Shown piece after piece: positions 1 through 9,096 of a stretch of DNA of 54,644 nucleotides. Below the pieces are notes generated by a model. The model saw only the letters and a list, made by a program, of their open reading frames with translations, was not told the origin of the DNA and ran no database searches. Each line of letters begins with the position of its first letter. The first letter of the stretch is position 1. Both the position numbers and the translations under genes were made by a program. The DNA is from Candidatus Rokuibacteriota bacterium (lineage in GTDB: Bacteria; JAUVQV01; DATDCY01). Location of the stretch: contig JANOHV010000076.1 in assembly GCA_031406795.1 (NCBI GenBank), forward strand, positions 1-54,644, read 5' to 3'.

Positions 1-416
1 CAGAGCGCGTCGGTTTCCCGGCGGGTCAGGTGATGTTTCCGTCGCAGGGAATTGAGATCGAACCTGCTCGAGACGGTTTCATCGGTGAAGAAGACGGCAA
101 CCAGCGGCTGATCGCCTTCGCGGAAGGAGACTCTGAAGACCCAGTGTCGCTCGGCGATCTCCGCCTGGAAACAGATCTGTCCGGGAAACAGCTCGCCGGC
201 GTTCCCGTGTGCGATTGCCGCGAAGATCTTCCGCGCCAACGCACTGATCTCCTCGGGGAGAGCGTAACTGTCGAGAAACCTAGCGGCTCTTTCGCTCTGA
301 TAAACCAGTGTCAGGCCGGCGTCGAGAACCATGATCCGTTCGCTGGACCTCTCCACCACGAACTGAAGCACGTCCTGCCGCGTTGGACGGGGCGCCTGGT
401 TTGCGGCTGGACACAT
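1..416 (-). CDS. LuxR-type HTH transcriptional regulator with N-terminal PAS-like domain (partial, runs off window start)
   Basis: Not in ORF track because the stop lies outside the window. ATG at 416 follows a GAGG RBS; the open frame reads MCPAANQ...QDVLQFVVERSSERIMVLD...RFDLNSLRRKHHLTRRETDAL, and LTxRE marks the start of a LuxR HTH. Confidence 0.7.
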   Translation of the reverse strand, partial: MCPAANQAPRPTRQDVLQFVVERSSERIMVLDAGLTLVYQSERAARFLDSYALPEEISALARKIFAAIAHGNAGELFPGQICFQAEIAERHWVFRVSFREGDQPLVAVFFTDETVSSRFDLNSLRRKHHLTRRETDAL

Positions 417-429
417 GTCGGCCGCCACC

Positions 430-807
430 TCAGATCGTCCCGGCGGACAGCACACGGTGCACGGCCTCGACGAGCATCTCCGGCCTGAACGGTTTGACGA
501 TCCAGGCCTGAACGCCGAGTTCCCGCCCCTCCCGGATCTGCGCCTCCCGTGACTCCGTCGTCAGCATGATGATCGGGGTGTCGCGCAGATCGGGGCGCTG
601 CTTGACCTCGCGGACGAAGCTGATTCCGTCCATGACCGGCATGATGCAGTCACTGACGATGAGATCAACGGCGGCGGCGGCGAGCTTTCCCAGCGCCTCC
701 CTGCCGTCCCGGGCCTCCACGACCGTAAATCCCGCCGCGCGCAGCGCGACGCCGAGGAGCGCGCGCATCGCGGAGGAATCGTCGACAACCAGAACGGTCC
801 GACTCAT
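430..807 (-). CDS. cheY: CheY-like single-domain response regulator
   Basis: VLVVDDS, DLIVSDCIMP, IIMLTTES and WIVKPF receiver motifs; adjacent to cheD. Confidence 0.9.
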   Translation of the reverse strand: MSRTVLVVDDSSAMRALLGVALRAAGFTVVEARDGREALGKLAAAAVDLIVSDCIMPVMDGISFVREVKQRPDLRDTPIIMLTTESREAQIREGRELGVQAWIVKPFRPEMLVEAVHRVLSAGTI

Positions 808-810
808 CGC

Positions 811-1344
811 TTACTCCCGGGTTGCGGCGCCGGACTCCTGCGCCTTGAGTCTGCGCACGAAGGCCTCGCCCGTGTGCACGTGAAAGATCACCTTGCGGGT
901 GTACCCCTCGCCCACGTCGCGCGCGACGACCGGGATCCCCGCCTCGGCCAGATAGTGTTCCGCGAACTGGATGTTGCGTTCGCCCACCCCGAACAACCCG
1001 CCGACCTTCTGGAACACGGCGCCGCCGCCGAAAAGCTTGGCCCGCAGGTGTTGTCGGCGGCACCCCAGCTCGAGCACCCGCTCGATCAGCTTCGGGAGCG
1101 CGATGTTCGCATACTTGGGTGAAGCGAGCCCCTCGCCGTTCCAGTAGGGCAGCAGGTAGTGGTTGATCCCCCCCGCCCCGGCGGCCGGGTCGTGGAGACA
1201 GACCGCAACGCAGGAACCCAGCACGGTCGTCACCGCCGCGGGACCCGCTGCGGCGTAGAGCAGCCCCGGCGGCAGGTAGACGGCGACGGTTTCATGCGTC
1301 GAAGAAGAATTCGTTGCCCGCGTCGGCAAACACATCCCCGCCAT
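811..1344 (-). CDS. cheD: Chemoreceptor glutamine deamidase CheD (start uncertain)
   Basis: TTVLGSCVAVCLHD, GGINHYLLP, AKLFGG, VGERN and DVG motifs. The only in-frame ATGs (1344, 1335) lie inside the upstream kinase gene. Confidence 0.9.
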   Translation of the reverse strand: MAGMCLPTRATNSSSTHETVAVYLPPGLLYAAAGPAAVTTVLGSCVAVCLHDPAAGAGGINHYLLPYWNGEGLASPKYANIALPKLIERVLELGCRRQHLRAKLFGGGAVFQKVGGLFGVGERNIQFAEHYLAEAGIPVVARDVGEGYTRKVIFHVHTGEAFVRRLKAQESGAATRE

Positions 1345-2176
1345 CCGCCCCCCTGAGTTCCGGCAACGTCACCGTGAAGCGGCAGCCCCGCCCAGGGGCG
1401 CTTTCGACGGTGAGGGCTCCGCCGAGCAGCTCGAGCAGCGCCTTGACGATGCTCAGACCGAGCCCGTGGCCGGCGAAGCCTTTGGCCTGGCCCTCCTCGA
1501 GCTGGCGAAAGCGCTCGAAGATAGCGGCCTGGTCGGCGGGGTCGATGCCGATCCCCCGGTCCTCGATGCTCAACCGCAGTTCGTCGGCGCCGCGGCGGAC
1601 AATCACCGCGATCGCCGCACCATTGCCGCTGAATTTCACCGCGTTGGACAGCAGATTCGCCAGAATCAGCTGGAGCTTCGCCGGGTCGGTGGTGAAGAGC
1701 GGCTCGACTTCCGGATCCTCCTCCCAATTCGTCCGCAGCTCCAGACCCTGCGCGGCGGCGGCAGGACCGAACGACGAAACGGTCGATTCGACGAGTGCGC
1801 GCAGATCGACTTGCGCCGCCATCGGGAGAGACTCGCCGGCTTCGATCTCCGCCGCGCAGAAGATGTTGCGCATCTGGAAGTCCAGGCCGAACGCCTCGCT
1901 CTGGATGGCGGCCGCAAGCGAGCGACACTCGACCGGATCCCGGGCGATCCCGGCGCTGATCTCGCCGGCCATCGCGCTGATGACGGTGAGCGGGTTGTTG
2001 ATCTCATTGCGGATGTTCGACAGAAAATGCCCTTTAAGGGCCTCGGACTCGACCAGACGGCGGTTGACCTCTTCGAGCCGCCGGGTGGTCATCCGCAAAT
2101 CGAAAAGCGCGCGGTTCTTCTCCTCGACGCGCGCGGCCAGCTCCCTGAGGAGGTCCTCGTCGCTCAGCAGCGGCAT
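1292..2176 (-). CDS. Soluble histidine kinase-like protein (coiled coil + HisKA + HATPase), canonical H-box His replaced by Asn
   Basis: H-box region reads FLSNIRNEINNPL. N box NLLSNAVKF, G1 DRGIGI, F box IFERF and G2 GHGLGL are intact. Confidence 0.9.
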   Translation of the reverse strand: MPLLSDEDLLRELAARVEEKNRALFDLRMTTRRLEEVNRRLVESEALKGHFLSNIRNEINNPLTVISAMAGEISAGIARDPVECRSLAAAIQSEAFGLDFQMRNIFCAAEIEAGESLPMAAQVDLRALVESTVSSFGPAAAAQGLELRTNWEEDPEVEPLFTTDPAKLQLILANLLSNAVKFSGNGAAIAVIVRRGADELRLSIEDRGIGIDPADQAAIFERFRQLEEGQAKGFAGHGLGLSIVKALLELLGGALTVESAPGRGCRFTVTLPELRGADGGDVFADAGNEFFFDA

Positions 2177-2180
2177 CGGA

Positions 2181-2555
2181 TCAGGCGAGGAGCTCGCTCA
2201 CCGTCTTGATAACCTGGACGCCGTTGATGGGTTTGGTGAGGTAGGCGTTCGCGCCGAGTTTGAGCCCCAGGTCGCGATCCGCCTCGCCCCCCTTGGTGGT
2301 CACGATGATGATCGGCACGACCGACTTGAGCGCTTCACGCACCGCCCGCACTAGGCCGAGTCCGTCCATGCGGGGCATGTTCACGTCGGTGACGATCAGA
2401 TCGAAGGTGTCGGCCTTGAGTTTTTCCAGCGCGTCCAGGCCGTCCTGCGCCTCGGTGATCTGGCAGGGAAGGTGCTTCAGGAGCACCATCTTCATCAGCT
2501 GACGCATGGTTCCCGAGTCGTCGACCACAAGGATCTTCTTCACGCTACCCTCCAT
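2181..2555 (-). CDS. Single-domain response regulator (CheY-like)
   Basis: ILVVDDS, DLIVTDVNMP and YLTKP motifs. Confidence 0.9.
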   Translation of the reverse strand: MEGSVKKILVVDDSGTMRQLMKMVLLKHLPCQITEAQDGLDALEKLKADTFDLIVTDVNMPRMDGLGLVRAVREALKSVVPIIIVTTKGGEADRDLGLKLGANAYLTKPINGVQVIKTVSELLA

Positions 2556-2711
2556 CAGCCAGCGACCTCACTTGCCGGCGGCCCCATCAATCCGGCGCAA
2601 CGCGGCTTCCGCCAATGCGTGCGGCCGAACCGACCTCCCACAAATCGCTGGTAGGTATATCACTATTCCGATGAGCGGACAACGGAGCGCGTGTCCTGGC
2701 GCGCCAACTCA

Positions 2712-2919
2712 AATCCGCGCGTAACGCGCGGATCAGTGGAGGCAGGCTTGTTGGCTGGTAATGTTTTTCGGGTCTCGTGACTCATACCGGACCGTGCTGC
2801 TCGCTCCAAGCGTCGCTTGACCGCTGCCGCCCCTGCTCTTCGTGAGCGAAATCAGGCGATTCCCGGTGAGTCGAGATGCCTGCTGTTCTGCTGGATCCGC
2901 GCGTACACGCGGATCTAGG
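2712..2919. repeat. Repeat family A copy 1: MITE-like element bounded by imperfect inverted ends, each with a GATCCGC...GCGGATC-type hairpin
   Basis: 2789-2919 is nearly identical to 11038-11167. 2713-2747 is an imperfect inverted copy of the right end (hairpin plus GCAGGC). Confidence 0.8.
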
Positions 2920-2981
2920 CGCCGAGGACTTCTCCTTATGTCGCCGCTATGCTATATATCCAGCCACAGGGAGGAACGACC

Positions 2982-4754
2982 ATGAGCGATTTTCTCAACG
3001 CCGGACGTCTGGAGGACCACCCTTTCGCCGAGCTTTGCGGCCTGATCTTTCAGGAGAGCCGCACCGGGGAGCTGGTCCTCGAGAGCGGCAATCGCCGCCG
3101 CTCCGTCTGGTTTCTCGGTGGCAACCCCGTCGCGGTCGTTTCGAACGACCCTCAGGATCATCTCGCCCAGTTCCTGCTCGAGCACGGGAAGATCGGCGCC
3201 GAGGACGCACGCCGCCTCGCCGACCTGCCCGAGACGCGCGAGGCGCTCGTCGGCGCGGATTTCCTGCCCAAGGAAACGCTCAACTGGGGCGTGAAGTCCC
3301 GCTTCGTCAGCCTCTGCTACGACCTGTTCCGCTGGGAGGAAGGCGACTACGGCTTTCGCGACGGCGAGCCGCCGCGCGAGCAGTTCCTGCTCAAGGTGCC
3401 GGCGCACTCGTTGATCTTCAAGGGTGTGGGGCTGCTCGGGCAGGCCGCGGTGTTCGACGCGGTGCCCGACGATGCCGTCTGCGGCGCCGGCCCCGTGAGT
3501 TCCGCCGACGCCCGGTACCTCAACCCCGAGGCGCGCCAGCTTCTGGAGCAGTGCCGGCCGGGAAACACGGTGGCCGACGCGCTCGGCGGCGGTTCGACCG
3601 ACCCCGACCAGGCCCGCCGGCTGCTGTACGCACTCGCCAGCCTCGGGTTGGTGGCAATCGCACGAGGAGGCGCAGCGGCCCCGCCCGCCTCGCCGCAGCT
3701 CGAGGACGCCCCCGGCTTCAGCCTCGATGACGACGTCGCGGACGAACTCCCCGCGGCGTTTCCCGACGAGGACGCAACCGCGGGGTTTGCGCTTGACGAC
3801 AGGTCCGCCAGCGGTGAATCGCCTCTCGACCTGCCGCCGCTCGACACCGATTTCGGTTCCCCTTTCAACCCGACGGCGGAATTCGCGCCTGGCGCAGGCC
3901 TCCACGCGGCCGACAATCTTCCCTTCGAAGAGGAATCCGGTTCGGAGTCGTTCGGGGCTTTCGGGACGTTCACCCCGGACACGGCGCTCGACCAGCAGAA
4001 CGTTCAGCCGCTTCCCGACGAGACGCGCAAGGTCGTCGCCGGCGCGAACATCAAGCGCTCCGCTCGCCGGTTTCACCTGCCCCGCCTCGTCGGCATCGCC
4101 CTCGGCGGGATCGCGGCGGTCGGGATCATCGGTTTCGCCGGGTGGTGGTGGATGAACGAGAGCGAACCGCCTCCGCCGCCGGTCCAGCCGCCGATCAAAC
4201 GACCGGCCCCTCCGAAGCCGGCGCCGGCCGCAGGGACACCCGCGGTCGCGCCGTCGACGCAGCCGACTCTCCCGACGCCCGCTCCGACGCCGACGGCTGC
4301 GCCTTCCGCCGCCCCTGCGTCCCCTGCCGCCGCAACGCCTCCTGCGCCGGCGCCCGCGGTCGTGGCTCCAACCCGTCCGACTGAGCCCCCGCCCCCCAGG
4401 AGCGCCTCGGATCGCTACCGTAATGCGCTCGAGATTTTCCGCGCCGGCGATCTCGACGGGGCGGCCGCCATCTGGGAGGCGCTGCTGGCCGAGGAGCACC
4501 GCGGCGCGTTCACCGTGCAGGTGTTGACGGCCTGCCAGCCCGACACGGTTCGGGAGGCGCAGCGTTCACTCCCGGGACACGAATTCTACCTGGTCACCAA
4601 GAAGGTGAACGCACGGGTCTGCTACCGCATCTGCCTCGGGGCCTTCGATTCACGCGAGAATGCCGGCCGCGCGCTGGCCGGCCTGCCCGGTGAGTACCGC
4701 ACCGGCGGGGCGGCGGTCCGCCCCGTTGCCGACGTCCTCAACCGGGATCGCTAG
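2982..4754 (+). CDS. Membrane protein: DUF4388/PATAN-like N-terminus, acidic linker, TM helix, Pro-rich linker, C-terminal SPOR-like domain
   Basis: GGAGG RBS before ATG 2982. GRLED..ESRTGELVL..WFLGG...LFRWEEGDYGF is a DUF4388-like pattern; TM VGIALGGIAAVGIIGFAGWWW; FTVQV...YRICLGAFDSRENA is SPOR-like. Confidence 0.75.
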   Translation: MSDFLNAGRLEDHPFAELCGLIFQESRTGELVLESGNRRRSVWFLGGNPVAVVSNDPQDHLAQFLLEHGKIGAEDARRLADLPETREALVGADFLPKETLNWGVKSRFVSLCYDLFRWEEGDYGFRDGEPPREQFLLKVPAHSLIFKGVGLLGQAAVFDAVPDDAVCGAGPVSSADARYLNPEARQLLEQCRPGNTVADALGGGSTDPDQARRLLYALASLGLVAIARGGAAAPPASPQLEDAPGFSLDDDVADELPAAFPDEDATAGFALDDRSASGESPLDLPPLDTDFGSPFNPTAEFAPGAGLHAADNLPFEEESGSESFGAFGTFTPDTALDQQNVQPLPDETRKVVAGANIKRSARRFHLPRLVGIALGGIAAVGIIGFAGWWWMNESEPPPPPVQPPIKRPAPPKPAPAAGTPAVAPSTQPTLPTPAPTPTAAPSAAPASPAAATPPAPAPAVVAPTRPTEPPPPRSASDRYRNALEIFRAGDLDGAAAIWEALLAEEHRGAFTVQVLTACQPDTVREAQRSLPGHEFYLVTKKVNARVCYRICLGAFDSRENAGRALAGLPGEYRTGGAAVRPVADVLNRDR

Positions 4755-4859
4755 TCGGTGGCAAACCGCTGAAGCGCCCCTGACCGACGGACCGTTCAAG
4801 AACGCCCCCCGGATCAAGACGCGCCCGGGCGCAGGCTGGGGGGCCCGCACCGCGGGCCG

Positions 4860-5843
4860 TCAACGAATTTCGGCCGCGCTGCGCTCGCGCCAGTACTCGA
4901 GCAGGTCGTTCAGCGTGGACTCCATCGCGCGCCGCGGCTCCCAGTTCGTCGCACGGACGAGCCGGCCGGGGTCGCCATGCAAAACGGGGATGTCGACCGG
5001 GCGGTGCCGTGCAACCTCGACTTCGACCTTGATCTTGATGACCGCGTGCCCCAGCAGAATCTGCAGCAGGTCGGAGATGCTCCAGACCCGTCCCGAGCAG
5101 ACGTTGTAGGCCGCTCCGGCCGCGCCGCGCTCGAGGACCAGCCGGTAGGCGGCGACCACGTCGCGGACGTCGAGAAAGTCGCGGGCCGCCGCAAGATTGC
5201 CCACCCGCAGCACCGGTTCGACGAGCCGCAGTTCGATGCGGGCGATCTGCCGCGCGAAGTCGGCGCAAACGAAATCCGCGCCCTGCCTCGGCCCCGTGTG
5301 ATTGAAAGTGCGCGTCATCACGATCGGCCAGCGCTCGGTGCGACGGTAGTAACAACCCAGCGCCTCCTGCCAGACCTTGCTCAAAGCGTACGGACTCACC
5401 GGCTGCTGGGGCGCATCTTCCGTGATCCCCGTCCCCCCGCCGGCAACCGCGCCGTACTGTTCCGCCGAACCCACGAGCAACAATCGCGGCGGCGTCCCCT
5501 GGCGCAGCAGCGCCCCGAGGAGGTTGATGGTGGCCAGAGCATTCACCTCGAGCGTGCGGCGCAGATCGCCGAAGGAGCGGCGCACGCTCGCGAGCCCGGC
5601 CAGATGGTAGACCTCCTTGAACTCCCGCCCGCCGAGGTTCGACCTGACCTCCTCGGCGTCGCCGCAGGCCAGGTCGCAGGCGAGATATTCGATTCGGTCG
5701 CGGACCGCGTCGAGATGCTCCGGGCGCACCTGAGGGTGGTCGAGGGCCACGACGTGCTCGCCGTGTTCGAGCAGATGCTCGACGAGGTGGCTGCCGCCGA
5801 AACCGGCGGCCCCCGTCACGAGCACCGATTCGCTTCGCTTCAT
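4860..5843 (-). CDS. NDP-sugar epimerase/dehydratase (GDP-mannose dehydratase / RMD-like extended SDR)
   Basis: VLVTGAAGFGG Rossmann motif, YALSK catalytic motif, FNHTGPRQ, VGNL..RDFLDVRD. Confidence 0.9.
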   Translation of the reverse strand: MKRSESVLVTGAAGFGGSHLVEHLLEHGEHVVALDHPQVRPEHLDAVRDRIEYLACDLACGDAEEVRSNLGGREFKEVYHLAGLASVRRSFGDLRRTLEVNALATINLLGALLRQGTPPRLLLVGSAEQYGAVAGGGTGITEDAPQQPVSPYALSKVWQEALGCYYRRTERWPIVMTRTFNHTGPRQGADFVCADFARQIARIELRLVEPVLRVGNLAAARDFLDVRDVVAAYRLVLERGAAGAAYNVCSGRVWSISDLLQILLGHAVIKIKVEVEVARHRPVDIPVLHGDPGRLVRATNWEPRRAMESTLNDLLEYWRERSAAEIR

Positions 5844-5897
5844 CGGTTCAGTGTAGGGAATGCCGGTCGATTGTCAACGAACCCGCCGGCCACCCGT

Positions 5898-6875
5898 TCA
5901 ACGCGGGGACTGCTCGGCCGGTTCGGCGGAGAGCCCCCCGAGAACGAGCCCGGTTGCCGCGTCGATGAAGATGCTCTGGAGACCCGGGGCAGCCCCGCCC
6001 TCGATCCGGAAGGGGACGACCCAGGCCACCCGTGCCCGGGCTTCGGCGTCCATCCGCGAGAGACCCAGCCAGTCGTTGGCGCGAACCGTCAGCATCTCGG
6101 CGGCGGCGAAGGCCCCGAGTACGGCGCCCGTCCCGAAGGCCGGCGCGAGGTCGTGATTCCGCAGGACCACGGCCGCGATCTTCTCAGCCGCTTTGCGCGA
6201 AATCCTGACCGTCGGCTGCTCGCCGGGATCAAGCCAGTCGGGGTCGACGTCCAGCCGGAACAGCGTGCCCGTGGTCGCGTTGAGCAGAAGCCGCACGGGG
6301 GGTGCGTGGAACGGGACCGGGCCGTTCGCCGAGAGATAGCGCGCCTCGTAGTAGATGTGCTCGACGGTGCCGGCGCTGTGCCGCCTGACACTTTCGAGCT
6401 CGAGCTTCGCGCCGGGGAGAAGCGCGCGCACGAATCGGTCGGCGAGGCCCGAGGCATCGGCGAGCGAAAAAATCGCCTCCCCGTGCTTGCGCGTGCTGGC
6501 GTTCGTGAAGCAGATGCTGGAGACGATCCGGCCGGCGGACAGGTCGAAGACCGCGAGATCGCTCAAGGCGCCGGGCGACTCGCCGCCGCGCGCCCGCCCC
6601 TTGATCTCGATCGCCGCGCGCCCGCGGTGGGCGATCTCCCGCCCGCCGTCGTCGGTCGGCGACTCGGCGCACCCCGTGAGACGGCGCGTCTCGGCGTGCG
6701 CCTTCGACGCCGCGGCCGGTACGCCCGCCGCGCTCGCCGGCCGATCGTCCGCGCCCCGCAGCGGGCCGGCCACCAAAACGACCGAACTCAGCGCAGCGAC
6801 GAGCGAGCACCCCCAGCGCCGGCGGGTCGCCGCGGCGGACCTGCCGGTTGACGTGCGGGGCAGGTCGCCAACCAC
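5898..6875 (-). CDS. Hypothetical exported protein with PepSY-like C-terminal segment (start uncertain)
   Basis: Signal-like hydrophobic stretch LVAALSSVVLVAG; ISRKAAEKIA...RVAWVV...IFIDAATGLVL pattern. Confidence 0.55.
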   Translation of the reverse strand: MVGDLPRTSTGRSAAATRRRWGCSLVAALSSVVLVAGPLRGADDRPASAAGVPAAASKAHAETRRLTGCAESPTDDGGREIAHRGRAAIEIKGRARGGESPGALSDLAVFDLSAGRIVSSICFTNASTRKHGEAIFSLADASGLADRFVRALLPGAKLELESVRRHSAGTVEHIYYEARYLSANGPVPFHAPPVRLLLNATTGTLFRLDVDPDWLDPGEQPTVRISRKAAEKIAAVVLRNHDLAPAFGTGAVLGAFAAAEMLTVRANDWLGLSRMDAEARARVAWVVPFRIEGGAAPGLQSIFIDAATGLVLGGLSAEPAEQSPR

Positions 6876-6905
6876 GGCTGCACCTGCCCCGCAGCGGAAG
6901 CGGAG

Positions 6906-7100
6906 CTACTCCTCGTACTTGATGATCTCGACGGGGCAGTTGCGCGCCGCGTCGATGATCGCATCGGAATTCGCGGCCAGGTTCGCGCCGGCGATCACCG
7001 AACTGCTGTCGTCACCCATCACAAAAACATCGGGCGCCAGATCCGAGCAGACGCCGCACACCGTGCACCCATCCTCGATCCAAACCTTCGTCACCGCCAT
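6906..7100 (-). CDS. Single-cluster [4Fe-4S] ferredoxin
   Basis: CTVCGVC...APDVF...CPVEII, 64 aa, AAGGAGG RBS. Confidence 0.92.
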   Translation of the reverse strand: MAVTKVWIEDGCTVCGVCSDLAPDVFVMGDDSSSVIAGANLAANSDAIIDAARNCPVEIIKYEE

Positions 7101-7235
7101 GTCCGTTCCTCCTTGCCTGTGCCCACCGCCGTCGCAGCCGCCGCCGGAGCGCCTCCGCCGGCCCTGCGATGAAAACGCGCGCTACCGTAGCCGAGCGATG
7201 CTGAAAATGCAAGAGGATGATGCTAGGATGAATTC

Positions 7236-8159
7236 GTGAGCGGCAACCAACATGTCGAACGGGTGCTCGGGGCCGTCAACGCCATCGTGCGGGGGAAGGA
7301 GGACGTCGTGCGCCTCGCGCTCGGCTGCCTGCTCGCCCGGGGGAACCTGCTGCTCGAGGACCTCCCCGGGGTCGGCAAGACGACGCTCGCCCTCGCGCTT
7401 GCACGCGTGCTCGGGCTGGATTTCGGCCGCATCCAGTTCACCTCCGACCTGGTGCCGGCGGATATCGTCGGCGTCTCGGTGATCGATGTCGCCGCCTGTT
7501 CGCTGACCTTTCGGCCGGGACCGATCTTTCACCAGGTGGTCCTCGCCGACGAGATCAACCGGGCCACCCCCCGCACGCAGAGCGCGCTGCTCGAAGCGAT
7601 GGCCGAGGGGCAGGTCTCGATCGAGGGACGGACCCATCCGCTGCCGGTGCCGTTTTTCGTCATCGCCACGCAGAACCCGATCGAGCACTACGGCACGTTC
7701 CCGCTCCCGGAGTCCCAGATGGACCGCTTCATGATGACGCTCCGCATGGGGTATCCGGACCGCAACGCCGAGCGCTCGCTGCTCGCCGACCTGGACACCC
7801 GCGCCCGGCTCGAGCGCACCGTGGCGGTGATCGAGTTGCGCGATCTGGCGGCGCTCCAGGAGCAGGTTGCCGGCGTGCGGGTCGCACCGGCCATCATCGA
7901 ATACATCCTGGACCTCACTGCCGCCTCCCGCCAGTCGGAGCGCCTCCTCGTCGGGGTCTCGCCGCGCGGGGCGGAGCACTGGGTCAGCGCCGCCAAGGCC
8001 ATCGCGCTGCTAGGCGGCCGCGACTACTGTCTGCCCGAGGACGTGCAGGAAGTGGCCGCAGCGGTCGTCGCCCACCGCATTCTGCCGCGCGGCGATTTCG
8101 AGAAAGTCGACCGTGCCTCGCTCGTCAGGGATCTCATCCACGCCACCCCCGTCCGCTGA
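7236..8159 (+). CDS. moxR: MoxR-family AAA+ ATPase
   Basis: Walker A PGVGKT, RIQFTSDLVPAD, LADEINRATPRTQSALLEAM, ATQNP, GVSPR. Confidence 0.93.
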   Translation: MSGNQHVERVLGAVNAIVRGKEDVVRLALGCLLARGNLLLEDLPGVGKTTLALALARVLGLDFGRIQFTSDLVPADIVGVSVIDVAACSLTFRPGPIFHQVVLADEINRATPRTQSALLEAMAEGQVSIEGRTHPLPVPFFVIATQNPIEHYGTFPLPESQMDRFMMTLRMGYPDRNAERSLLADLDTRARLERTVAVIELRDLAALQEQVAGVRVAPAIIEYILDLTAASRQSERLLVGVSPRGAEHWVSAAKAIALLGGRDYCLPEDVQEVAAAVVAHRILPRGDFEKVDRASLVRDLIHATPVR

Positions 8160-9096
8160 ATCCAGCCCCGGCCAACCCGCGATCGCCCCGCACACGGCGG
8201 TCACGGAAGGAACACTGCACATCCGCCTGACCGCCACCGGCGCAATTGCGATTGCCCTGCTGCTCGGCGCCGGGATCGTCGCCGTCAATTCCGGCAACAA
8301 TCTGCTGTTCCTGGTCGTCGCCGCTCTGCTCGCCGCGCTCGCGCTCTCGGGGCTGCTCGGGCACCACAATCTGCGGCGGGTCGCCGTGCGGCTGATCGAA
8401 CCCGACGAGGCCTGGGCCGGGCGGCCCGTCTCGGTCCGCGCCGAGATCGTCAACCCCCGCCGTCGCCTGCCGGCGTTTCTGCTGGCCCTCGGCGAGCGAC
8501 CGGGGCGCCCCGCCGGCACGGTGCTCGAGGTCCCCGCCGGCGGGCGCGCCGAAATCCCGCTGACCCTGACCTTCCCGACGCGCGGCGTCCAGCCCTGGCC
8601 GGTGCACGCGGTGACCTCCGAGTTTCCCTTCGGCCTGATCCGTCGCGGCGGCCTGGTGCGCTCGCCCGGCCGCTGCCTGGTCTACCCGGCCCCGCTCGTC
8701 GTGCCATGGGAGATCGTCGAAGCGGCCGAGCGCGAGGGGACGATGGTCTCGCGGCGAGGCCTGGGCGCCGGCGGCGACTATCGGGGTCAGCGCGACTATG
8801 CGCCGGGCGACAGCCTCTCCCGGGTCCAGTGGTCGAGCTGGCTGCGGCTCCGGCGGCTGCAGACCAAGGAGTTCGAATCCGAGGGCGAGCCGCCGGCCGT
8901 CTACCGGTTCGACGCCGTGCCCGGCCCCGGAACCGAAGAGCGGCTCTCGCAGCTGGCGTGGCTGGTGCGCGCAGGCCTGCGGCGGGGCCGGAGCGTCGGC
9001 CTGGTGCTGCCCGGCCTGGCGATCCCCCCGGGGACGGGCGCGAGCCAGCGCCGCAGGCTGCTCGGGGCGTTGGCTCGTTTCGGGGAGTCGGCGTGA
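8113..9096 (+). CDS. DUF58 domain protein (start uncertain)
   Basis: AVNSGNNLL, FPFGL, LVYP and RDYAPGD..RVQW..KEFE motifs; lies between moxR and a transglutaminase gene. Confidence 0.85.
   Translation: MPRSSGISSTPPPSAESSPGQPAIAPHTAVTEGTLHIRLTATGAIAIALLLGAGIVAVNSGNNLLFLVVAALLAALALSGLLGHHNLRRVAVRLIEPDEAWAGRPVSVRAEIVNPRRRLPAFLLALGERPGRPAGTVLEVPAGGRAEIPLTLTFPTRGVQPWPVHAVTSEFPFGLIRRGGLVRSPGRCLVYPAPLVVPWEIVEAAEREGTMVSRRGLGAGGDYRGQRDYAPGDSLSRVQWSSWLRLRRLQTKEFESEGEPPAVYRFDAVPGPGTEERLSQLAWLVRAGLRRGRSVGLVLPGLAIPPGTGASQRRRLLGALARFGESA

Noticed and set aside
4770-4835. Possible degenerate half of an intergenic repeat (CCGTTCAAGAACGCC...)
   Set aside because: No second copy or complementary arm in the window.
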